Source: an uncultured bacterium (lineage in GTDB: Bacteria; JAGOEH01). From it: a stretch of DNA of 34,673 bases. A program made the position numbers and the translations under genes. The first letter of the stretch is position 1. Each line of letters begins with the position of its first letter. This document shows positions 9,835 to 17,771 of the stretch, piece after piece. Below the pieces are notes generated by a model that was given only the letters and a program-made list of their open reading frames with translations, was not told the origin of the DNA and did not search any database. The DNA lies in assembly GCA_964632485.1 (NCBI GenBank), contig CAZWDO010000003.1, positions 282,204 through 316,876 of the forward strand, written 5' to 3'.

Positions 9835-10863
9835 CTATTGGTCCAGCCCCTGGATTGAGGTTTGATAAGGATCGGTGAACTGTAATTGAGGTTCATGATT
9901 TTGCCAAGTTGTTTGATATTGTTTAGATTTTTTCAGGTTTTCTTTTTGGGTTTTTTCATTCAATTCGAGCTTCTGTCCGGTTTTGGCCATTAAGAGGTAG
10001 GCGCGTTCAAATTCGGGAAATCGCTTGTTAATTTGTTGCAATATCAAATAAGCCTGATGATAGTTTTCCAGGGTGAATTGAATAAAAGCCTTGCCGTAGA
10101 ATCCAATGGGAGAGTTGGGTAAAATTTCCTGAATTTTATCAAAATAATTAATTGATAATTGATACTGTTGTAAATGATAGCTTGCGATAGCCGCAAGGTA
10201 ATAAAGTCCAAAAAAATTAAGATTTTTTTTATCAAGAACCGGCTGGATTAAGGAAAGGCATTGCTGGTATTGCTGTTTTTGTGAGTAATCCCATGCTGTC
10301 TTGTAAATTGAATTCATATCCTGAAAAAGATAGGATTGTTGCGCCTTCTGAACAACTTTTTCTTTAAGTTTTGAACTATCGGTACCGATCATCAGATTTT
10401 GATTTAAATAGTTCTGGATTGAATCTTCGTTGATTAAAAGCGGTCTGTTCGTTTGAGATATTGGTTTTTTGGCATTTTGGTCATATTCTTCCAGGTATTC
10501 CAACCAGATAAACCAATTGTCCCATCGGTGGATTTTTAAGGTATGAGAGAATAGGTTAATCTTGTCATTCGATTGAATTGAAGCAATATAAAAAGGGTAT
10601 TGCCATTGCTGGTACGGTGTCAATAGATGGTGAGAAAGAAAGAGTGTATTGTTTTGATCGACGCTATCAAAACTAAAGAAGTGAGTTTCAGTATAGGGTA
10701 GATTAATGCGCATTTGAGCAATAGAAGCGCCTTCGATTACTTTTTGGACGACTCCGGATGTTGTATCGATTAACTCGGTGAGACCCGATGTTGATACATA
10801 CAACATACTAAGTAAAATGTAAATTTTAAAAAATGAAAAGTAGCGAAGAGGGGAAAAAACCAT
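9835..10863 (-). CDS. Tetratricopeptide-repeat protein, probably exported
   Basis: Hydrophobic N-terminus; C-terminal TPR-like repeats (YYLAAIASYHLQQYQLSINYFDKIQEILP, FYGKAFIQFTLENYHQA, AYLLMAKT). TAATG overlap with the upstream gene. Confidence 0.78.
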   Translation of the reverse strand: MVFSPLRYFSFFKIYILLSMLYVSTSGLTELIDTTSGVVQKVIEGASIAQMRINLPYTETHFFSFDSVDQNNTLFLSHHLLTPYQQWQYPFYIASIQSNDKINLFSHTLKIHRWDNWFIWLEYLEEYDQNAKKPISQTNRPLLINEDSIQNYLNQNLMIGTDSSKLKEKVVQKAQQSYLFQDMNSIYKTAWDYSQKQQYQQCLSLIQPVLDKKNLNFFGLYYLAAIASYHLQQYQLSINYFDKIQEILPNSPIGFYGKAFIQFTLENYHQAYLILQQINKRFPEFERAYLLMAKTGQKLELNEKTQKENLKKSKQYQTTWQNHEPQLQFTDPYQTSIQGLDQ

Positions 10864-11291
10864 TAATTATTAAACAGGTATTTGATCCGACCCCAGGATG
10901 TGTTGATGGATGTAGAATTCGCCGGGACCAGGTTCACATTCTCGAGTTCTGAAAAGGTCAGCCCGGGATCCATGGGAATACTCCTGATCACTCGCGCTGT
11001 CATCCATTCATTGGGTTCGTTTTGATTTAAAGGCCATATTTTAACAAGAAATAGATTCAATTGTTTTTTTAGTCGTAGATGATACAGAGGGAAAGCGGCC
11101 TCACCAATTTCCACTTTAACTAATTGGGAGTTTGTCTGATCCTGAAGGTAAATTGCCGCGCCAGTTTGACCTTTTATCTGTCCGCTGAGGGTAAAGTCCC
11201 CGTCTGAATTTGATGAATAGGTAAATACTTGCGCTGTCATCGTAGATGCGACCGTTATAAAAAACAATACAATAAAAATATATTTTTTCAT
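10863..11291 (-). CDS. Small exported beta-rich protein with C-terminal TSWGRIKYLF motif
   Basis: ATG 11291 with AGGAG SD. Signal peptide MKKYIFIVLFFITVASTMTA-Q; ends NSTSINTSWGRIKYLFNN. Confidence 0.8.
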   Translation of the reverse strand: MKKYIFIVLFFITVASTMTAQVFTYSSNSDGDFTLSGQIKGQTGAAIYLQDQTNSQLVKVEIGEAAFPLYHLRLKKQLNLFLVKIWPLNQNEPNEWMTARVIRSIPMDPGLTFSELENVNLVPANSTSINTSWGRIKYLFNN

Positions 11292-11334
11292 AAAAACTCC
11301 TTGCAGAGAATTATTTGGCATTCACCATAATTAT

Positions 11335-11362
11335 AATATAAGACTTTTTTTGAACATGTCAA
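11335..11362 (-). promoter_or_regulatory. Sigma70-type promoter for the exported-protein/TPR cluster
   Basis: Minus strand TTGACA (11362-11357), 16 nt, TATATT (11340-11335), with an overlapping TATAAT at 11335-11330. Confidence 0.65.
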
Positions 11363-11364
11363 TA

Positions 11365-12213
11365 TTAATTTTTAATTTTTTTTAAATTTTCTAAAAAAAT
11401 AGAATCAATTAAAACATCAACACGTTTTCCGGAAGCGCCAACTGGCGCCAGGGTATCCTTTCGATTGATAATCAGGGAGAGGCCCCCGGCATTGCCTACG
11501 ATCAATTGGGCTTGTTTTTTAAATCGGTAAGCAATGGGTACAGAATCCTGGCCGACTGTAAAAAGTTTATAAATGGGTTCCATAGAATCCAAAGTGATGG
11601 CAACCCAAACCGAATCATTGATTTTAATTTGTAGTTCATGATAGCCAGGCACAATTTCGGGTAATCGAGGAGAATCCGCGGGGTGGGAAAGGAGTTTCGT
11701 GGTATCCGGGTTGATGACTGTATCGGCTTCAGTCGTATGGGATGTTGGGATGGTATCGCTTTGCGTATCCGGTACAATAACCGGTATCTCTTCTTCAATA
11801 GTCAGAGTAGGCGCCGGACTGACAGTTTGATTTTTATGCCAGCTAAAATAGTATAAAAGCGCACAGGCTATACTAATAAAAAAAACTGAGGCAACAATTA
11901 TCATTTGTCGTCGGCGGGAGGGAGTAATTGTAGCAGATGAATGCGTGACAGGCGCTGAAGGAGTTAGATACTGATCCTCGTATTGATGGGATAGTTCACT
12001 TCCGTTCAATCCGAGAAAATCGCCATAGGTCTTTATAAACGCTTTTGTAAAAACAGTTCCAGGGAGGATTGAAAAATTATTTTCCTCCAAGGCGCGCAGA
12101 AATGTAGGAGTCATTTTTAAATGAATATGGACATCATCAATTGATAAACCCAATTCCTCACGACGAAATTTAAGGATTTCTCCGATACTGGGGGTTACAC
12201 GATTGTTAACCAT
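11365..12213 (-). CDS. rodZ: RodZ-like helix-turn-helix membrane protein with DUF4115-type C-terminal domain
   Basis: IGEILKFRREELGLSI..ALEE..LPGTVFTKAFIKTYG HTH, a single TM after RRRQ, a Pro/Thr linker, then VWV..GNAGGL. Confidence 0.85.
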   Translation of the reverse strand: MVNNRVTPSIGEILKFRREELGLSIDDVHIHLKMTPTFLRALEENNFSILPGTVFTKAFIKTYGDFLGLNGSELSHQYEDQYLTPSAPVTHSSATITPSRRRQMIIVASVFFISIACALLYYFSWHKNQTVSPAPTLTIEEEIPVIVPDTQSDTIPTSHTTEADTVINPDTTKLLSHPADSPRLPEIVPGYHELQIKINDSVWVAITLDSMEPIYKLFTVGQDSVPIAYRFKKQAQLIVGNAGGLSLIINRKDTLAPVGASGKRVDVLIDSIFLENLKKIKN

Positions 12214-13034
12214 GTTTTAATTGCTTCCTCCATTTTTTGGGCGACTTCCTCAATTGTAAGAATGATCTCCTTAAAGCGAATGTTGAGAAGTTTCAAGGCT
12301 TCAACTGAGGTTTTGGTTTCTTTTTGCTGAAGTTCATCGATGTTGGTGGCGCTAATACCGATGGCATCTGCGATATGGAGCAGAGCCGCCAATTCCGGAT
12401 GCGAGCTGGCTTTTTCAGGAGAGTGGTGGTTTTTAACCGCATCAATAATTGCAGAGGGGAAGTTCCATTTACTAAGTAGAATTCCTGCAATTTCCGCATG
12501 GTCGGTATAAAGCGTTAATCGTTCCTGTTCGAGGGTTAACCGGATGGTTTCATTGGCAATTATTTTTTTGTTGTTTTTAGTCAGATATTGGTTGATGGCA
12601 ACTTTACCGACATCAATGACTAAACCTGCAATAAATATATCGTTCTCGTAATGTTTGAGATAGTGTTGCGCTAAAAACTGGCCGGAAAAAGATGTGGCTA
12701 TTGCGTGTTTCCAAAGATCGATACCAGAAAGGTGATAAACGGGTAGATTCACATTGATTTTGGAATGCACCATTTCCAAATAAGCCAGTTTCTTCACATT
12801 CTCCAAACCAACACGGGTTAATGCGTCTTTGATTGAACCGGTTGTTTTATTTCCGCTGTAGTAAACAGAATTAGCCAGTTTGAGAAGATTAATGCTTAAA
12901 CTTTGATTAATCTGTATTTCTTTTTCCAGTTCATGAAACGGGATATCCGGATCGTTTAATTTAACGATTAATCGTTGGTAATTCGTCGGGAGTGGTGGAA
13001 AATTGTCGAGTTCAGTAATAATTTCGTCTAGCAT
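12195..13034 (-). CDS. HDOD domain protein
   Basis: FPPLP, LLKLANSVYY, AL.RVG, LWKHAIA, AGLVIDVGK, DHAEIAGILLSKWNFP..HH and ADA motifs. Confidence 0.9.
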   Translation of the reverse strand: MLDEIITELDNFPPLPTNYQRLIVKLNDPDIPFHELEKEIQINQSLSINLLKLANSVYYSGNKTTGSIKDALTRVGLENVKKLAYLEMVHSKINVNLPVYHLSGIDLWKHAIATSFSGQFLAQHYLKHYENDIFIAGLVIDVGKVAINQYLTKNNKKIIANETIRLTLEQERLTLYTDHAEIAGILLSKWNFPSAIIDAVKNHHSPEKASSHPELAALLHIADAIGISATNIDELQQKETKTSVEALKLLNIRFKEIILTIEEVAQKMEEAIKTWLTIV

Positions 13035-13041
13035 AACTCAC

Positions 13042-13069
13042 AATATAATAAATAAAATTTAATTGTCAA
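13042..13069 (-). promoter_or_regulatory. Sigma70-type promoter for HDOD-rodZ (leaderless or near-leaderless)
   Basis: Minus strand TTGACA (13069-13064), 16 nt, TATATT (13047-13042), 7 nt to ATG 13034. Confidence 0.65.
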
Positions 13070-13287
13070 TTCTTTTTTTCTCCGATAGGCTGATTTCAAA
13101 AAAGAGACAATTTCTTTTATAGCTTGCTCGGTTTCAGATTGATAACTGACAATGCTTGAAGCGGAATCTAAAATAGCCGTCATATTTATGCAGCGCGGGA
13201 TCAATAAAGAAAATTCAATTTTAAAATGTATCCGCGTTCCGCTTCCTGGCAGGCATTCAAATTAGTGTTTGCCTATGGAATCATCGA

Positions 13288-13524
13288 CTATTTCGCAATG
13301 ATATCGAGTAAGGAGCCTATCATTTGATCGTTGGTCTGAACCGCTTTAATGTTATATTCCAGAGCATGCGGAATCTCAACCAAATCCACCATAGCGCGGG
13401 TTAGGTCCTGGTTGATGTCAGGTTGTTGGCGTTCAGTCGTCGTCGCCTGCTCAATTCGTAAAGCTGTTTGATCCAAAGCTTGGATCCCTTGATTCAAATT
13501 GGAGGATTGGATAGAGGATAGCAT
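13288..13524 (-). CDS. Small flagellar basal-body rod/hook C-terminal-like protein (78 aa)
   Basis: ATG 13524 with AAGGA SD. DLTRAMVDL..ALEYNIKAVQTNDQMIGSLLDI resembles the rod/hook C-terminal helix (DL..EMV.L..A..AN.K.I.T.D.M..LL.I). Confidence 0.72.
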   Translation of the reverse strand: MLSSIQSSNLNQGIQALDQTALRIEQATTTERQQPDINQDLTRAMVDLVEIPHALEYNIKAVQTNDQMIGSLLDIIAK

Positions 13525-13585
13525 TGAAGGTTTCCTTTTGGTTTCGAGCAACTGCTTTAATTTCTCGTCTGTCCAAATTCTTTTA

Positions 13586-13614
13586 AAAAAACGCTGTTAC
13601 AAAGGCCGCTTTGT
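13586..13614 (-). terminator. Possible intrinsic terminator downstream of hisS
   Basis: ACAAAG-4nt-CTTTGT hairpin (13599-13614), followed on the minus strand by a T-run after 7 nt. The stem is weak. Confidence 0.3.
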
Positions 13615-13636
13615 GATTCGGCGTCATAATTAGCGC

Positions 13637-13663
13637 TTATCGGCTTTCTGACGGGATGCTATT
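13637..13663 (-). promoter_or_regulatory. Possible sigma28 (FliA) promoter
   Basis: Minus strand AATA-N15-GCCGATAA, upstream of the flagellar-like gene. The -10 is perfect and the -35 is only partial (consensus TAAA). Confidence 0.35.
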
Positions 13664-13700
13664 GTTTCGTATTGAAACATTGTTGGAAGCAAACTTTATG

Positions 13701-15020
13701 TCAGATGATTAAACCTTTCAGATGGTCGATAAGTTCCGTAAAATTTAGTTTGAATTCCTGACTGTTAGCCATATCTCGTAGGGTGTATTGTCCGCTATTG
13801 AGTTCGTCTTCACCCACGATCAGAACATAGGGAATTCCGATTTTGTTGGCGTAGGCGAGACTTTTTTTGACTTTTAGGTCACGCATGGCGATATCGGTCG
13901 GTATCCCAGCTTCTCGCAATTGGGTCAATAAAGAAAAACTTTGATAATGGGTGTGGATAGGTATAATAAAAACCTTCGCGGGAACGAAGGAGGAGAGCTG
14001 GCTTTTTTTTTCTTCAAGCGCCATGTAGATTACATCTAATCCAAAGCAGATTCCGACGGCAGGATAAGCGGTTATCGGATCACTTTGCAGAAAAGCGCCA
14101 ATGATTTGGTCATAGCGGCCGCCGGCGGCAAGGGAGCTGCTGATCGCGCTTTCCTGAGCAAAGATTTCAAAAACCGCACCGGTGTAAATCTCTAATCCTC
14201 GGGCCAGAGTTGGAATAATCTGGACGGATGCGGGTTGAATTTGAGCTTGATTTAGAAGTTGAATGAGTTCATCCAGTTCCGACAACCCTTCTTTAATCTG
14301 AGGATGTTTCTCCGAGTAGGGTTGGTAAAAGTTTAGGATCGAAGTAAAATCTGAGCCCTGGGGCGCGAGAGATTCGATCAGGGTTTTGCTTTGGTCGGAA
14401 GTGATTCCCTTCTGTAGCAATTCAGCCATAACTCCATCAGCCCCAATTTTTTTTAGTTTATCGAGTGTTAAGACTACTTCCCGCACAGCGGCTGGTGGAA
14501 TAGCCGCCAGTTCAATCATACCCGATAATAGTTTGCGGTTATTGATCTCGGCTTTAACAGGTAGCTGCAAGCTCTTAAATACAGAAAAAGCCATGCAGAG
14601 CAGTTCGGCTTCAGCTACTAATGAATGGGCGCCGCAAATATCGACATCACATTGGGTAAATTCTCGGAGACGTCCGGCTTTGATGGGCCCATTGCGAAAA
14701 ACTTTGCCGATTTCATAGCGTTTAAATGGAAGGGGTAATTGGGGGTTCATCCCGATAAAACGGGCAAAGGGAACTGTCAGATCATATCGTAATGCCAGTT
14801 CACGGCCTCCCTGGTCTGTGAGTTGATATGTTTCTTTGAGTATTTCAGCCCCGCCGGCATATTTCGAAGCCATCACCTCAAAATAATTTAATGTCGGAGT
14901 TTCGAGGGGTTGATATCCATATAAATTAAAATGGCGGGTTAATATCTCGATCACCTGGAGTCGTTGGATTTGCTCATGCGGATAATAATCCCGTGTCCCT
15001 TTGAGTATGCTGAGTTCCAT
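13701..15020 (-). CDS. hisS: Histidine--tRNA ligase
   Basis: KGTRD, LRYDLTVPFAR, GRLREFTQCDVD, LARGLEIYTG, GGRYD and a C-terminal anticodon-binding domain. ATG 15020 with AAGGA SD. Confidence 0.95.
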   Translation of the reverse strand: MELSILKGTRDYYPHEQIQRLQVIEILTRHFNLYGYQPLETPTLNYFEVMASKYAGGAEILKETYQLTDQGGRELALRYDLTVPFARFIGMNPQLPLPFKRYEIGKVFRNGPIKAGRLREFTQCDVDICGAHSLVAEAELLCMAFSVFKSLQLPVKAEINNRKLLSGMIELAAIPPAAVREVVLTLDKLKKIGADGVMAELLQKGITSDQSKTLIESLAPQGSDFTSILNFYQPYSEKHPQIKEGLSELDELIQLLNQAQIQPASVQIIPTLARGLEIYTGAVFEIFAQESAISSSLAAGGRYDQIIGAFLQSDPITAYPAVGICFGLDVIYMALEEKKSQLSSFVPAKVFIIPIHTHYQSFSLLTQLREAGIPTDIAMRDLKVKKSLAYANKIGIPYVLIVGEDELNSGQYTLRDMANSQEFKLNFTELIDHLKGLII

Positions 15021-15086
15021 AGAGTTTCCTTTCAAAATTTATTGAGCAGCCATGTTATGTATGCTCTGGCGTTTTTCGATATCTAT

Positions 15087-15162
15087 ATAATACAATTATT
15101 TCGGACTGATGTCAATATCAAACATTTTATGGCTTGACATTCATGGAGAAAAATTATATTTT
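15087..15162. promoter_or_regulatory. Back-to-back sigma70-type promoters for hisS (-) and grpE (+)
   Basis: Minus: TTGACA (15115-15110), 17 nt, TATTAT (15092-15087). Plus: TTGACA (15134-15139), 17 nt, TATTTT (15157-15162). Confidence 0.7.
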
Positions 15163-15207
15163 AATTAGGCCTAGCGCCAGCATAATTATTATGAAAGGAG
15201 TGGCTGG

Positions 15208-16143
15208 ATGAATGAAAATCCGGATTTTATACAGTTTCTGGAGCGCTTTAAAAAACAGTTGTCTCTCTTTGATACAGAGCCTTTAAATGGTATCTACCAA
15301 GAATTGTTTGCAGACTATCTTTCTGTTTATAGTCTTTCTTCGCTGAACCAACTCATTGGACGGGAATTTGAAAAACTATCCGATGCTAAACAGATAGAAG
15401 GTGCTTTATTACCCCAAGTCAGAGAAGAGGTATTGATATTCGTCCGCCAATTGGCTCCTCAATTGCAAAAGGAATCTGAATTTCATTTTTATTTATGCCG
15501 GGAATTATTTAATGAAAAGAGTGATATACTTATGGAACCTCAACGCTTGTTTTCACGGATGAAGCGTCTGAAAACGGAAACAATTGCGTCCGCGCAGGAA
15601 TTAATTCAAACGATTGTGACTTCAACCCTTGAAAACTATCGCTTGATTGCCCGGCCCCGGGAATCCTCCGGAAGAAAAAAAACAAGTTGCGCGCAGTCAT
15701 CAACCAACAATGAGCGCGATTTACAGCTAATTCAATTGCAGCAGGATTATGATAATCTGAAAAAACGTACAGAACGGGAACGGAATGAGATGAAGGCTCA
15801 ATTATCCATTGAGTTGCTGGGAAAGTTGATTCCCTCTTTAGATCAATTGAATCTGGCTTTGAAGCATCCACCTGAAGAAAAGGAATCAGATTTCTACCGG
15901 GGAATTGCGATGATCTACCGACAAATCTATCAGACTCTCAGTCAGGAGTTTGGACTGGAATCGATCTCCTGTGAGGGGCAATTGTTCGACCCGAACCAAC
16001 ATGAAGCGGTAGCCTATGAAGATTCGAAAAAATGCAAGGAAAATATAATACTAAGAGTTATATCACCAGGTTATAAAGTCGGAGACAAAATTATTAAATA
16101 CCCCAAAGTGACAGTTGCCCGGCGAGGCAAAAAGAAAAAGTGA
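15208..16143 (+). CDS. grpE: GrpE nucleotide exchange factor with long N-terminal extension
   Basis: C-terminal about 145 aa: QDYDNLKKRTERE, LIPSLDQL, GIAMIY, GQLFDPNQHEAV, GYKVGDKIIKYPKVTVA. SD AAGGAG. Confidence 0.88.
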   Translation: MNENPDFIQFLERFKKQLSLFDTEPLNGIYQELFADYLSVYSLSSLNQLIGREFEKLSDAKQIEGALLPQVREEVLIFVRQLAPQLQKESEFHFYLCRELFNEKSDILMEPQRLFSRMKRLKTETIASAQELIQTIVTSTLENYRLIARPRESSGRKKTSCAQSSTNNERDLQLIQLQQDYDNLKKRTERERNEMKAQLSIELLGKLIPSLDQLNLALKHPPEEKESDFYRGIAMIYRQIYQTLSQEFGLESISCEGQLFDPNQHEAVAYEDSKKCKENIILRVISPGYKVGDKIIKYPKVTVARRGKKKK

Positions 16144-16144
16144 T

Positions 16145-17071
16145 TCATTTGCGGAAAAAGCCTATAACTTCCGTCAGACCTTCGTCTATTGAATATTGTG
16201 GCTGCCAGTTTAAGGTTTTATGCGCAAATTGATTGGCAAGATAGATATGCTTGACTTCTCCGGAACGGGGGGAGGCATAATTGGGTTTTGTTGAGCAATT
16301 GGTTAGTTGTCCGATTTTTTGATATAATTCAATGATGGAAATCGGTTTTTGACCACTCAGTTGGATTAGATGATTTTCTTTAGTTCTCTGCGCCATCACC
16401 AAAGCTTGAACGATATCATGAACATAGACAAAATCCCGGGTTTGATGTCCATCCCCGAAGATAGCGCACGGTTCGCCTCTAAGCAGTCGATCAGTGAATA
16501 TTGATACGACTCCTCCCTCATTATCGCTGGCCTGCCGGGGGCCGTAAACATTACCAAACCGAAAAATTATGTAGGGAATCTGGCGTAATTCGCAAAATGC
16601 GCGGATATAACGTTCGGAAGAATACTTGGCGATACCATAGGGGGATATGGGATTCACCGGGGTGGACTCAGTGACTGGCAATTGTTCAGGGTCGCCATAA
16701 ACAGCGCACGATGATGCAAATATAAATTGGGTATTTTTTTGGTGAAAGGCCCATGCTAATACTTGCAATGTGCCGATAATATTGATTTGCGCATCCGCTA
16801 TGGGATCAATCAGCGATGTTGTAATATCGGCTTGGGCGGCTAAATGGTAAATAATGTCGAACGTCTGATTGTTGTTTAATTCTGGAATTTCTGATATCTG
16901 AGAAATTCCGGCAACGATCAGATGCGCTGAATCGGATAGGTTTTCCACTTTTCCATGCGATAAATCATCAATGACCCAAACTTCATGGTGATCATGTAAA
17001 AGGCGATCAACCAGGTGGGAACCGATAAAACCTGCGCCGCCGGTAACCAGTATGCGCTTAGAAGATGGCAT
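16145..17071 (-). CDS. NAD-dependent epimerase/dehydratase (UDP-glucose 4-epimerase-like, extended SDR)
   Basis: LVTGGAGFIGSH, HLAAQ, SSCAVYG, YGIAK (YxxxK), RFGNVYGPRQ and GDGHQTRDFVYV. Start placed at ATG 17071, which overlaps the upstream small gene. Confidence 0.92.
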   Translation of the reverse strand: MPSSKRILVTGGAGFIGSHLVDRLLHDHHEVWVIDDLSHGKVENLSDSAHLIVAGISQISEIPELNNNQTFDIIYHLAAQADITTSLIDPIADAQINIIGTLQVLAWAFHQKNTQFIFASSCAVYGDPEQLPVTESTPVNPISPYGIAKYSSERYIRAFCELRQIPYIIFRFGNVYGPRQASDNEGGVVSIFTDRLLRGEPCAIFGDGHQTRDFVYVHDIVQALVMAQRTKENHLIQLSGQKPISIIELYQKIGQLTNCSTKPNYASPRSGEVKHIYLANQFAHKTLNWQPQYSIDEGLTEVIGFFRK

Positions 17072-17216
17072 AAATAAAAGGCGCGACAGCCGATCCTTCG
17101 GCAAGTATGATCAATAGTCCCATTAATACCAGCATGATCACGATAGGGGTCAACCACCATTTTTTACGGTGCTTTAAAAATTCCCAGAATTCCATTAAAA
17201 TTGTAATCTTACTCAT
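17058..17216 (-). CDS. 52-aa DUF5989 / SxtK-like small membrane protein
   Basis: Not in the ORF track. Manual translation MSKITILMEFWEFLKHRKKWWLTPIVIMLVLMGLLIILAEGSAVAPFIYAIF matches the family pattern E.W.FL..RKKWWL.P...GSAVAPFIY.LF. AAGGA SD; 14-nt overlap with the epimerase start. Confidence 0.88.
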   Translation of the reverse strand: MSKITILMEFWEFLKHRKKWWLTPIVIMLVLMGLLIILAEGSAVAPFIYAIF

Positions 17217-17264
17217 TAAACTTACATCCTTTTCTATGGTTTTACGTTCACGTTAAAACAATAG

Positions 17265-17765
17265 TCATTCAAGATTGATTTTATTTTCAATACAGTAATT
17301 GCGAATACGGGCCGCATGATCCTTATCGTCCCCATTCAATCGTTGCAGAATTTGAATTAAGGGGTTATCCGATTGAGCGCTGATAGCTTCTTGAAAATGG
17401 GTTTCTGCTGCCGATTCTTCCAGCATAATGGCGATACGAAATGCTTCTTCTCGGGTAGGTGGATTAGTCTTGTAGTTTTGAATCATCTCATTCAGTTCCG
17501 CATTGATTTTTTTTAAGGTGTCCAGTTTGTTGTAGATCAATTCGGTAGGAAAAAGTCCAATATTAAGATATAGCTCAACACTTTCCAATAGCGAGGCGTG
17601 GTTTTTTTCTTCCAGAGTCAGACGCCACCATAGCTCTTCATCCTGGGGGAAAACAGAAAAAAACAGGTGATATACATCGCCGACATTTTGTTCCAATCGG
17701 GTCGCTTCTCCTAATAGCTCGTGTAAGGCTTTTTCTTCCACAGGCATCTCTTTTTCTGTTACCAT
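17265..17765 (-). CDS. Ferritin-like (rubrerythrin-type four-helix) protein without rubredoxin domain
   Basis: E..Y, EEKNH, LEE..H and DDKDH di-iron-like ligand pattern; no C-terminal CxxC. Confidence 0.8.
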   Translation of the reverse strand: MVTEKEMPVEEKALHELLGEATRLEQNVGDVYHLFFSVFPQDEELWWRLTLEEKNHASLLESVELYLNIGLFPTELIYNKLDTLKKINAELNEMIQNYKTNPPTREEAFRIAIMLEESAAETHFQEAISAQSDNPLIQILQRLNGDDKDHAARIRNYCIENKINLE

Positions 17766-17771
17766 AGTTAT

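Noticed and set aside
15163..15207. CIRCE element upstream of grpE
   Set aside because: No TTAGCACTC-N9-GAGTGCTAA-like repeat is present.
16918..17160. 80-aa ORF-track entry
   Set aside because: Wrong frame. The region is explained by the DUF5989-like gene and the epimerase start.
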